Of a stretch of 64,000 nucleotides of DNA, positions 1 through 10,443 are shown piece after piece. The notes below the pieces were generated by a model. That model had not been told where the DNA came from. It saw only the letters and a program-made list of their open reading frames with translations, and did no database searches. Source of the stretch: Piromyces finnis finn (Eukaryota > Fungi > Neocallimastigomycota); contig MCFH01000065.1 of NCBI GenBank assembly GCA_002104945.1, forward strand, positions 227,491-291,490, given 5' to 3'. The translations under genes and the position numbers were made by a program. Every line of letters starts with the position of its first letter. Within the stretch, counting starts at the first letter, position 1.

Positions 1-292
1 TACCATTTAATTTGAATATGTGCCCATGTATTATTGATATATTAATCATTTATTATTTATCTATTTCTATAAAAAAACAATACTAAAACTAGGGATTTAA
101 ATTGAGAATATTAATTTACTTGTTAAACATTAAAAATAAATTAATAATTTATTTTGTTTTAAACTTTAATTATTAATAAATAAATTATGTCTCATTTTCT
201 TTTTCTGAATATAATTTGTGTAACTTAAACAATAATACTTGTGGCTTAAGTTACATTAAAGATATCAAACAGAGGCGTTTGATATCTTTACA
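1..292 (-). repeat. 3' LTR (type A) of chromovirus copy 1, partial
   Basis: Direct repeat of 5650-5941. Begins with TG at 292 on the minus strand, right after the PPT. Confidence 0.95.
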
Positions 293-304
293 ATCTCTCT
301 CTCT
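293..304 (-). promoter_or_regulatory. Polypurine tract of copy 1
   Basis: Minus strand AGAGAGAGAGAT abuts the TG of the 3' LTR. Same sequence in copy 2 at about 8214-8225. Confidence 0.9.
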
Positions 305-328
305 AAGTCGAGCTCCTGCGAGATTAAT

Positions 329-3300
329 TTATAAGGAATCTTTTCTCGAAGGAATTTCAATTACAAATGGTTGGTATCTGTGCTTGATTAGATTACCAAC
401 TTTATTCTTTCTAATTTTCATGGAGGAGTCGTTCGACTTATATTTTGACTTTTTAGAGTTTCTTTCAAACTCTTGTATTAATTGTTTATCTGGAATATGA
501 TCTTCAGAAACCCAAGTGGATTTGTCAAATCCTTTCCATGATAACTTATAAAATGTTTCACCATTAACAGATTTCATCTTTTCAATTTTCTCTGGAATTT
601 TTTCAATTAAATCTGTGTTAAGGTGAATGTTCCTCTTCCTACGATTAGACCTGTCGTTAAACTTGTTTTCAAAGTATGGTTCTAACAATGAAACATGAAA
701 GACTGGATGACATCTCATTGTCTTTGGAAGTTTCAATTTGAAAGCGAGAGAACTAACTTTTTCAATTATCTCAAATGGGCCAAGCATTTGAGGTGCTAAT
801 TTTCTCTTTAGGTTAGTTCCAGGAGAATCTTTCAATAACCATACCTTCTTTCCCATTTCGAACTCCGGGGGAATCATTCTCTTCATATCGGCATATTTCT
901 TATATGTTTCTTTTGCTTTTTCTAAGTTTTCTTTTAATAATTTAAAGTTTTCATTCATATCAATTACTCTTTGTTCAGCTCTACTAGGTCTATCATTAGC
1001 TGGAATTTCTAAGCTGAACTTTGGATGAAAACCATAATTAGCAAAGAATGGAGATTGATTTATAGATTGTTGTAAAGTATTATTATATGCAAATTCAGCA
1101 AATGGGATAAGATCAACCCAGTTATTCTGCTTTTTATTTATAAAACAACGGAAATATTGTTCTAATATGCCGTTCACCCTCTCCGTTTGACCATCTGTCT
1201 GCGGATGGTTGGCAGTTGATAATGAATGATTGATATTAAGAAGGTCACAAAGTCTTGACCAAAAGTCAGAAGTAAATTGCGAGCCTCTATCAGAAATGAT
1301 GGAATCAGGAAGACCATGCAAACGGAAGACATTAGCAATAAAAGCATCAGCAGCAATCGAAGCAGTAGGAAGACAACGTAAAGGAATGGCGTGAGCAAAT
1401 TTAGTAAATCTATCGACAACAACCATGAGAGTTGTCATATCTCTGGACTTAGGAAGATCAACAATAAAATCAATAGAAATATCAGACCAGGGCCTACTGG
1501 GAGTGTCCAAAGGGGATAACAATCCATAAGGCTTATGCCTGGGGACTTTGGATTTGCAACAAGTCACGCAAGATTTGATAAAAGATTTAACGTCTGAATG
1601 AAACCTTGGCCACCAAAAGTTTCTGGAAATCAGTTCAGTGGTTTTCTTAATACCGAAATGACCAGCAGCAACAGAATCATGATGAAGTTCCAAAACTCTT
1701 GTCCTAAGAGATTTAGGAACATAAATAAGATTATTATATAACAAAAATCCTTCGTTATCAATAATAACTTTATCAATATTTTTAATAGGTGCATTACATG
1801 CAGAACCATTCATTTTAAATTGGACAATAGAATTATACAAATCGTCATTTTTAAGTTCTAATAAAATAGAATCGATTAACGGTTTGTTATCGCTATGATG
1901 AAACGAAATAGTAAGACAAGAAACATCAGAATTAATATTATTCTCTACATGGTCACTTCTACGAGACAGGATATCAGGCTTACCGGATTTCTTTCCAGCT
2001 CTATAAATGAGTTTAAAATCAAATCTGGATAAGAACAAATTCCATCTAATTTGTCTCTGAGATAACATTTCAGGTTTTCTAGGAAATGTTAAATTCTTGT
2101 GATCAGTATAAATTATGAACGGATGGCGTGCACCTTCTAAATAATGACGCCATTCTTCAAGAGCAACTACAATAGCTAAAAGTTCCTTGTCATATATAGG
2201 ATAGTTTCTTTGACAACTCGTCAAACTTTTTGAAAGAAATGCAATAGGATGTAATTTGCCATCAAATTCTTGAGAGAGAATAGCACCGACAGCATAATTA
2301 CTAGCATCAGTTTCTACAATAAATTGTTTATTACTATCCGCATGTTTTAGAATAGGAGCTGACGTGAACAGAGATTTTAATAAAATAAAAGCGTCCTGAT
2401 CTTCTTTCACCCAGTTAAAAGCAACGTTCTTTCTAGTGAGTTTGTGAAGAGGGTTTGCAATTTTAGCAAAGTCTTTAATAAAAATTCTGTAATAGTTGCA
2501 TAAACCAATAAAAGACTGAACCTCTTTAACATTCTTGGGAACCGGCCAATCGAGAATTGCTTTAACTTTATTCTCATCCATTTGCAATCCATCCTTTGAA
2601 ATGACATAACCAAGAAAAGTGGTTTTCTCAACATCAAACTCACATTTTTCTAATTTAACATAAAGATTATTTTCAAGTAGTTTCTTAAGTACCTTTTTAA
2701 CATGCTCATGATGTTCTTCGATATTATTAGAATAAATAAGAATATCATCAATATATGAGATAACAAAATCGTCTAAATAGTCACTAAGGACATCGTTAAT
2801 GAAGTGTTGAAAAGTTGCAGGTGCATTCTTTAATCCAAAAGGCATAACCAGATATTCAAAATGACCATACCTAGTACGAAAAGCCGTTTTGTATTCGTCA
2901 CCTTCTTTAATACGAACAAGATTATAAGCGGATTTAAGGTCTAATTTGGTAAAAATCTTAGCATTTTTCACCCTATCCAAAAGGTCACTTATTAAAGGTA
3001 AAGGATATGAATTACGAATTGTAATATTATTCAACCTTCTATAATCAATACAAAGTCTTAAGGAACCGTCCTTCTTTTTAACAAACAAAATTGGGGCACC
3101 AGCAGGAGACGATGATTTCCTAATAAAACCTTTATTTAAATTTTCATCTATATACTTTTTAAGTTCCTCTCTTTCAACTTCAGTTAATGGATACAAGGGT
3201 CCATAAAATAAAGTTGAATCATCCTTAAGTTTGATTTCACAATCATAAGGTCTATGAGGAGGTAACACTTCACAATTTTTTTCGTTAAACACTTCACTAA

Positions 3301-4918
3301 ATTCTAAATATTGGGTTGGTACGGCGACCAATTTATCTTTATTAATATTCTTTTCATTATTATTATTACTACATGATTCATTATCATTATTACATGTTTC
3401 ATTAATTTTCGTTACAATACATTTAACTTTTTTATTAAAACTAATATATTCATCATCGCTGTCATCTTCATCATTAATGGTTCTAACAAGGCGGCCTTTA
3501 ACATATTCTTTTTCTTCATGGTTTGGGACGGAGGGATCTACTTTCGGTTTTTTGGTTAAGCTTCGGTCGAGAACATCATGATCTAATTGATCATTCTTGG
3601 ACTTCTTTCTTGGTTTTCTTTTTCTTTTACCTTTGTTACAGTGTCTGGCACAATAACCAGAACTAAAAGCGATTTTCTTAGAGTCATAGAAAGCATTTGG
3701 ATTATGCTTCTTTATCCACGGCAAACCAAGAATAACATCAACACCGGGGACTTGTAATCCATAAAGTTGAATTACTTCGAAGTGATTTTTGCAACGGAGC
3801 ATGCACTTCTCAGTCCTTTCCCAAACACTAACAACTCCATCACTAACACCTGAAACACGGAATGGTTCTACCTTTTCCAACTTAATACCAAGGTCTTCAG
3901 CAAGACTTGGATTAATGAAATTTAATTCAGAACCGGAATCAATTAAAACCTTAATCTTAACTTCCGAAACTTCATTGGTACTCAAGTAAAAGTCCACAAG
4001 GTTTAAATCACTTTTCACTCCCTTGACTCCAACTTTGTAAATTTTTGGATTAACAATTTTTGGAGTCCTTTCTTTCACAATTCTTAACACTTTTCTGGGC
4101 TTTACTCTATTAGGACAATTAAATTTTAAATGTCCTGGTTGTTTACAAAGAAAACATAACCCCTTTTTCTTTTCTTCTTCAAAGTTGTCTATGTTTTCAT
4201 TGTAATTTTTACTTGATCCTTGGATATTCACATACCTTTTGCGTTTATTTTCTCTACTAATTCTAAATACATCCACATCCATAGGATCGTTAGCCCTTCT
4301 ACCATTAAAATAAAATTCACTTAGAGAATTCCTTTTCATCATATCTTCAACTAAAATAGTTGAAGAAATCAATTGTTCAATTGAAGTTGGGTTTGATTCA
4401 ATGAAAGCCAACTTCTCCCTAAGTGGTGGTAATAAACCTTTCAGAAACATGTAGATTTTTGCGCTGTCATTAAAGCTTGAATTTTGGCTAATACGTTGAA
4501 ACTCGGTAATGTAATCTAATACCTGACCAAGTTTCCTTTGGCGAAGATTATCTAATTTACCGTTAGCTACAACGGTATCGTATCTATAACTGCCAAAATT
4601 AGCCTTCAACCTATCTACAAATTCATCATAATGGTTTAAAACCCCACTATTATTCTTCATCAACACTGAAGCCCATTCCAAAGGTTTACCAGAGAAGTAT
4701 GATATAACGAAGTCGACCTTGACTCGATCTGTATTATACAGTGTCGGTCGAGTACGAAATACCAACTCAACTCTGGTTAAAAATCCATCCAATTCTCTTT
4801 GTTTACCAGAAAATATCGGTGGAGCATTAATAATGTTCCCCGAATTCCCAGAAACACCCACAGTCCTATCACCCATCTCTAAATTTAAATTTTCAAACTC
4901 ACTAATTAAGTCCTCCAA
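329..4918 (-). CDS. Gag-Pol polyprotein (Gag, CCHC knuckle, aspartic protease, RT, RNase H, integrase, chromodomain)
   Basis: CFLCKQPGHLKFNC knuckle; LIDSGS protease; RLCIDYRRLN and YIDDILIYS (RT); ETDASNYAVG and DKELLAI (RNase H); HHCC zinc finger, SIDFIVDLP, SDRGSQF and QTERVN (integrase); GPFEI; YKLSWKGFDKSTWV chromodomain. The ORF begins at TTG; the first ATG is at 4876. Confidence 0.97.
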   Translation of the reverse strand: MEDLISEFENLNLEMGDRTVGVSGNSGNIINAPPIFSGKQRELDGFLTRVELVFRTRPTLYNTDRVKVDFVISYFSGKPLEWASVLMKNNSGVLNHYDEFVDRLKANFGSYRYDTVVANGKLDNLRQRKLGQVLDYITEFQRISQNSSFNDSAKIYMFLKGLLPPLREKLAFIESNPTSIEQLISSTILVEDMMKRNSLSEFYFNGRRANDPMDVDVFRISRENKRKRYVNIQGSSKNYNENIDNFEEEKKKGLCFLCKQPGHLKFNCPNRVKPRKVLRIVKERTPKIVNPKIYKVGVKGVKSDLNLVDFYLSTNEVSEVKIKVLIDSGSELNFINPSLAEDLGIKLEKVEPFRVSGVSDGVVSVWERTEKCMLRCKNHFEVIQLYGLQVPGVDVILGLPWIKKHNPNAFYDSKKIAFSSGYCARHCNKGKRKRKPRKKSKNDQLDHDVLDRSLTKKPKVDPSVPNHEEKEYVKGRLVRTINDEDDSDDEYISFNKKVKCIVTKINETCNNDNESCSNNNNEKNINKDKLVAVPTQYLEFSEVFNEKNCEVLPPHRPYDCEIKLKDDSTLFYGPLYPLTEVEREELKKYIDENLNKGFIRKSSSPAGAPILFVKKKDGSLRLCIDYRRLNNITIRNSYPLPLISDLLDRVKNAKIFTKLDLKSAYNLVRIKEGDEYKTAFRTRYGHFEYLVMPFGLKNAPATFQHFINDVLSDYLDDFVISYIDDILIYSNNIEEHHEHVKKVLKKLLENNLYVKLEKCEFDVEKTTFLGYVISKDGLQMDENKVKAILDWPVPKNVKEVQSFIGLCNYYRIFIKDFAKIANPLHKLTRKNVAFNWVKEDQDAFILLKSLFTSAPILKHADSNKQFIVETDASNYAVGAILSQEFDGKLHPIAFLSKSLTSCQRNYPIYDKELLAIVVALEEWRHYLEGARHPFIIYTDHKNLTFPRKPEMLSQRQIRWNLFLSRFDFKLIYRAGKKSGKPDILSRRSDHVENNINSDVSCLTISFHHSDNKPLIDSILLELKNDDLYNSIVQFKMNGSACNAPIKNIDKVIIDNEGFLLYNNLIYVPKSLRTRVLELHHDSVAAGHFGIKKTTELISRNFWWPRFHSDVKSFIKSCVTCCKSKVPRHKPYGLLSPLDTPSRPWSDISIDFIVDLPKSRDMTTLMVVVDRFTKFAHAIPLRCLPTASIAADAFIANVFRLHGLPDSIISDRGSQFTSDFWSRLCDLLNINHSLSTANHPQTDGQTERVNGILEQYFRCFINKKQNNWVDLIPFAEFAYNNTLQQSINQSPFFANYGFHPKFSLEIPANDRPSRAEQRVIDMNENFKLLKENLEKAKETYKKYADMKRMIPPEFEMGKKVWLLKDSPGTNLKRKLAPQMLGPFEIIEKVSSLAFKLKLPKTMRCHPVFHVSLLEPYFENKFNDRSNRRKRNIHLNTDLIEKIPEKIEKMKSVNGETFYKLSWKGFDKSTWVSEDHIPDKQLIQEFERNSKKSKYKSNDSSMKIRKNKVGNLIKHRYQPFVIEIPSRKDSL

Positions 4919-4974
4919 CGTTAAATATAAAACAAAATATAAAAAATGTTTTCTTACTACTGTTTCAAGTAAGT

Positions 4975-5029
<55 letters not shown>

Positions 5030-5145
5030 AAACTATTTCTACAAAAACGATGTTAGTTAATACAAAAGTTATTCAAACTCGATCTGTTATACAGTGTCGA
5101 ACAAGTTTTGTATTATATAATAATAATATTAATCAGAGTAGTTTT

Positions 5146-5182
<37 letters not shown>

Positions 5183-5192
5183 CTTCTGCTAG

Positions 5193-5288
5193 GGTAGCAA
5201 CAAAGTTTCTTCAATACTCTCTTGAACCAAGGTAGCAACAAAGTTTCTTCAATAATCTCTTGAACCAAGGTAGCAACAAAGTTTCTTC
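5193..5288. repeat. 38-nt tandem repeat (about 2.5 copies) in the 5' leader of copy 1
   Basis: ggtagcaacaaagtttcttcaata... starts at 5193, 5231 and 5269. Confidence 0.9.
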
Positions 5289-5325
5289 GGGCGGTAGATA
5301 TCCTAACGTACTCTTGAAGTAGTTA

Positions 5326-5337
5326 GGTAATTGTTAT
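5326..5337 (-). promoter_or_regulatory. Self-priming-type primer binding site (ATAACAATTACC)
   Basis: Directly follows the 5' LTR end (...TTACA) and has no TGG. It is complementary to GTAATTGTTAT inside the LTR (about 5460-5470). Confidence 0.85.
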
Positions 5338-5941
5338 TGTAATGCTGACACAGAAAGAATAGATTAGGATATCTATTCTATTACAATAACACAAAATTTA
5401 AAATAAAATAAAAAATTGTTTTATTAAAAATATCTTTTATTATAATAGAAATTTTATTAATAACAATTACATCGATAAAATGATGAAAAATATCTTCTAT
5501 TTATATTTTTCCTAAATACATTTATATTATATTATAACTATTTATTTCTTATATATTATTATTTAAAATCTACACTAAAATCTTAATTATTAATAAATAT
5601 TTAAACTATAACTATTTTTAGTAAAATACAATTGGCAATTCAAATTAAGTACCATTTAATTTGAATATGTGCCCATGTATTATTGATATATTAATCATTT
5701 ATTATTTATCTATTTCTATAAAAAAACAATACTAAAACTAGGGATTTAAATTGAGAATATTAATTTACTTGTTAAACATTAAAAATAAATTAATAATTTA
5801 TTTTGTTTTAAACTTTAATTATTAATAAATAAATTATGTCTCATTTTCTTTTTCTGAATATAATTTGTGTAACTTAAACAATAATACTTGTGGCTTAAGT
5901 TACATTAAAGATATCAAACAGAGGCGTTTGATATCTTTACA
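5338..5941 (-). repeat. 5' LTR (type A, about 604 bp) of copy 1
   Basis: TG...CA termini. Homologous to 19366-19976 and to 1-292. Confidence 0.93.
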
Positions 5942-7993
5942 GTCTTTTATAGTATATAATAAATTTATTTCAATAAGATAACTTATTCCTCAACTACTTT
6001 TAATTAATAAATATCAAAATTTTAATTTTCATATTTCTCAATGTATTTTAAATAAATCTAAAATTATTATATACTACGTCTAAAAGATGTCGCTCAGACT
6101 CTATCCTATCAAAAGGTGTCGAGCGAGGTCTTTTATAATATATAATAAATATATTTCAATAAAATAACTTTTTCCAATAAGTGATATTTACATTTTAATT
6201 CACTTATTTCTCAATTTCATTTTAATTAATAAATATCAAAATTTTAATTTTCATACAATATATTTTAAATAATTCTATAATTATTATATACCATGTTTAA
6301 AAGATGTCGCTCAGACTCTATCCTATCAAACGGTGTCGAGCGAGGTCTTTTAAGTATATAATAAGTTCATTTCAAAATAACAATTAATAATTCATTCAAA
6401 TAAGTGAAATCAACATACTAATTCACTTATTTCTCAATATATTTAAATAATTTTAAAATTTTATTAACTTTTTCTTAATTTTCTTTCTTTTTAAATAAGT
6501 TTTAATTTTCTTACTTTGCAATTAATTTTTTGATTTAATTTACTCTTTTAATTGTATATATCCAATTTAATTTATAATATACTATGTATAAAAGATGTCG
6601 CTCAGACTCTATCCTATCAAACGGTGTCGAGCGAGTTCTTTTTATAGTATATTATAATTAAATTTAATTTTAAAAGAGTTTCATCAATTTAAAAACAAGA
6701 GTATTTCATAAATATATTTCTATTAGTATTACAGATAGATTTTATATATAAAGATTTCATTGTTCCATACAGTAGAATTACACTTATTCCAATTCCAATA
6801 TAAAAAGGAAAGTTTCACAGAGTAGAAGTTCCACAAGCAAAGTTCCACGAGATTCGTTCAAAAGAATTCCACGAAGGAAGGATTTCACAAGGTAGTGTTC
6901 CACAAGTAGGTAAAAATTCCACAATTATAGTTCCACAAAGTAGTGTTTCACAAAATTTATTTAGAATTTCACAAAGTAGGGTAACACAAAATTAATGTTA
7001 CACTGACAGAAGTTACACCATAAATAGTTCCACAAGGTAGGCTACTCAAGTAGACAAAAAAAAAATTTCCGAAGAGAAAAAATTTCCGAAAAGTTCCAAA
7101 TTTTCTACGGTAGCAATTCCCAATGTTGTAACTTCAGAAAATAAAAATTGTTTTATTATTAAATATAAAACGTGTTTTTTAATAAGAAAAGGTAATTGTT
7201 ATTGTAAAAGTATAAAATTTAAAACAGATTTTATACTTAAAACAAAACAATTTTTATTAACACAAAAATAAAAAAATAAAACATTAAATTTTTATTTTAA
7301 AAAAAAACATTTTTATTTAAACTCTTAAAAATATTATTAACTATATAATAGTTAATAATTAAAAAATTGAAAATAACAATTACCTCGATTTAACAAATAA
7401 AAATTACATGTATTTATATTTTTTCATAATTATATTCTAATATATTATTCTATTTAAATAAACATATATTTAATATAAAATAAACAAAACTAATTTAATT
7501 AAATAATAAAATAACAGAACTAAACTAAACTAATTCATTATACTTTTAATTCAATTTGAGTAAACTCAAAATTGAATAAAGCCCATGTATTTTCTATAAA
7601 TTAATTTAATATTATCAATACTATTCTTAATATATTTCCTATTGAAATATAAATAAATCTATTTTTAAAACTAAGTTAAAATTATTAAACTATTCTAAAT
7701 TTAAATAAAAAAGTATAATCTATTCTAAAATCAAATAAAAAGTATTTAAAAAATATTTTAATTATTTTAAATATTTGAAATATTTAAATTTAATTAAAAT
7801 TCTTTTATTCCTTAAACTTAAATATTTATCTTAATTTAAATTTAACGGAATTATTATAAAATAATTTATTATTAAATTATTCCATAAAATTTACTCAAAA
7901 ATTTTATAATCAGTTTTACTAAATATTAATTTATTATTTAATAATTAATAATTAATTATTAAATAATCTAAAGATATATCTTATATCTTTACA
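5942..7993 (-). mobile_element. Non-coding LARD-like LTR element, copy 2 (5' LTR type B at 7203-7993, PBS 7191-7202, leader, first three array cores; cut by chromovirus copy 1)
   Basis: Reverse complement of 10444-12495 with only a few substitutions. Starts TGTAAAGATAT at 7993, where it interrupts the 3' LTR of chromovirus copy 2. Confidence 0.9.
6082..6642 (-). repeat. Three conserved ~53-nt hairpin cores of the LARD array (6082-6134, 6299-6351, about 6590-6642)
   Basis: aaaagatgtcgctcagactctatcctatcaaa(a/c)ggtgtcgagcgag(g/t)tctttt occurs three times, separated by AT-rich linkers. Confidence 0.95.
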
Positions 7994-8213
7994 CAAAACA
8001 ATACTAAAACTAGGGGTTTGAATTGAGAATTTTAATTTATTTGTTAAACATTAAGAATAAACTAATAATTTATTTTGTTTTAAACTTTAATTATTAATAA
8101 ATAAATTATGTCCCATTTTCTTTTTCTGAATATAATTCGTGTAACTTAAACAATGATATTTATGGCTTAAGTTACATTAAAGATATCAATCTGTGGCGTT
8201 TGATATCTTTACA
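7994..8213 (-). repeat. Truncated 3' LTR (type A) of chromovirus copy 2
   Basis: Matches 19756-19976 apart from a 1-nt indel. Confidence 0.92.
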
Positions 8214-8249
8214 ATCTCTCTCTCTAAGTCGAGCTCCTGCGAGATTAAT

Positions 8250-10443
8250 TTATAAAGAATCCTTTCTCGAAGGAATTTCAATTACAAATGGTTGGTATCT
8301 ATGCTTAATTAGATTACCAACTTTATTCTTTCTTATTCTCATGGAGGAGTCATTCAACTTATGTTTTGACTTTTTAGAGTTTCTTTCGAACTCTTGTATT
8401 AATTGTTTGTCCGGGATCTGATCTTCAGAAACCCAAGTGGATTTGTCAAATCCTTTCCACGATAACTTATAAAATGTCTCACCATTAACAAATTTCATCT
8501 TCTCAATTTTTTCTGGAATTTTTTCAATTAAATCTGTGTTAAGATGAATATTTCTTTTCCTACTATTAGACCTATCTATAAACTCGTTTTCAAAGTATGG
8601 TTCTAACAATGAGACATGAAAGACTGGATGACATCTCATTGTCTTTGGGAGTTTCAATTTAAAAGCGAGAGAACTAACTTTTTCAATTATTTCAAATGGA
8701 CCAAGCATTTGAGGTGCTAATTTCTTCTTCAAGTTAGTTCCCGGAGAATCTTTCAATAACCATACCTTCTTTCCCACTTCAAATTCCGGGGGACTCATTC
8801 TTTTCATATCGGCATATTTCTTATATGTTTCTTTTGCTTTTTCTAAGCTTTCTTTTAATAATTTAAAGTTTTTATTCATATCAATTACTCTTTGTTCAGC
8901 TCTACTAGGTCTATCATTAGCCGGGATTTCCAAGCTGAACTTTGGATGAAAACCATAATTAGCAAAGAATGGGGATTGATTTATAGATTGCTGTAAAGTG
9001 TTATTATATGCAAATTCAGCAAATGGAATAAGATCAACCCAGTTATTCTGCTTCTTATTGATAAAACAACGGAAATATTGTTCTAATATGCCGTTCACCC
9101 TCTCCGTTTGACCATCTGTCTGCGGATGGTTAGCAGTTGACAATGAATGATTGATATTAAGAAGGTCACAAAGTCTTGACCAGAAATCAGAAGTAAATTG
9201 CGAGCCTCTATCAGAAATGATGGAATTAGGAAGACCATGCAAACGGAAGACATTGGCAATAAAAGCATCAGCAGCAATTGAAGCAGTAGGAAGACAACGT
9301 AAAGGAATGGCGTGAGCAAATTTAGTAAATCTATCGACAACAACCATAAGTGTAGTCATATCTCTGGACTTAGGAAGATCAACAATAAAGTCGATAGAGA
9401 TATCAGACCAAGGCCTACTAGGAGTGTCCAAAGGGGATAACAATCCATAAGGCTTATGTCTAGGGACTTTGGATTTGCAACAAGTCACGCAAGATTTAAT
9501 AAAGGATTTAACGTCTGAATGAAATCTTGGCCACCAAAAGTTTCTTGAAATAAGTTCAACGGTTTTCTTAATGCCGAAATGGCCAGCAGCAACAGAATCA
9601 TGATGGAGTTCTAAAACTCTAGTCCTAAGAGATTTAGGAACATAAATAAGATTGTTAAATAACAAAAATCCTTCACCATCAATAATAACTTTATCAATAT
9701 TTTTAATAGGTGCATTACTTGTAGAACCATTCATTTTAAATTGAACAATGGAATTGTACAAATCGTCATTTTTAAGTTCTGATAAAATAGAATCTATTAA
9801 AGGTTTGTTATCGCTATGATGAAGTGAAATTGTAAGACAAGAAACATTAGAGTTAATATCATTCACTAAATGATCACTTCTACGAGACAGAATGTCAGGC
9901 TTTCCAGATTTCTTTCCAGCTCTATAGATGAGTTTAAAGTCAAATCTGGATAAGAACAAATTCCATCTAATTTGTCTCTGAGATAACATTTCAGGTTTTC
10001 TAGGAAATGTTAAGTTCTTGTGATCAGTATAAATTATGAACTGATGGCGTGCACCCTCTAAGTAATGACGCCATTCTTCAAGAGCAACTATAATAGCTAA
10101 GAGTTCCTTGTCATATATAGGATAGTTTCTTTGACAACTCGTCAAACTTTTTGAAAGAAATGCAATAGGATGTAATTTGCCATCAAATTCTTGAGAGAGA
10201 ATAGCACCGACAGCATAATTACTAGCATCAGTTTCTACAATAAATTGTTTATTACTATCCGCATGTTTCAGAATAGGAGCTGACGTGAACAGAGATTTTA
10301 ATAAAATAAAAGCGTCCTGATCTTCTTTCACCCAGTTAAAAGCAACATTCTTTCTAGTGAGTTTGTGAAAAGGGTTTGCAATTTTAGCAAAGTCTTTAAT
10401 AAAAATTCTGTAATAGTTGCATAAACCAATAAAAGACTGAACC
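8250..10443 (-). pseudogene. 3' half of gag-pol (RT thumb, RNase H, integrase, chromodomain) of copy 2
   Basis: Open frame, nearly identical in protein to the C-terminal half of 329-4918. Separated from its 5' half by an insertion. Confidence 0.93.

Larger units (their letters stand above)
1..5941 (-). mobile_element. Ty3/gypsy chromovirus LTR retrotransposon, copy 1 (apparently intact, young; 3' LTR runs off the window start)
   Basis: Single 1529-codon gag-pol ORF. Positions 1-292 match 5650-5941 with no difference seen by eye. LTR starts TGTAAAGATATC and ends ...TTACA on the minus strand. PBS and PPT are in the expected places. Confidence 0.97.

Noticed and set aside
216-4976. Short alternative-frame or antisense ORFs overlapping gag-pol (216-500, 1174-1422, 2407-2643, 3789-3989, 4719-4976) and their copy 2 counterparts
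   Set aside because: They recur only because the host element is duplicated; no independent coding signal.
4977-5021. Poly(A) retro-insertion in the chromovirus leader
   Set aside because: Copy 2 has shorter homopolymers at the same site, so this looks like run expansion or sequencing slippage; no TSD.
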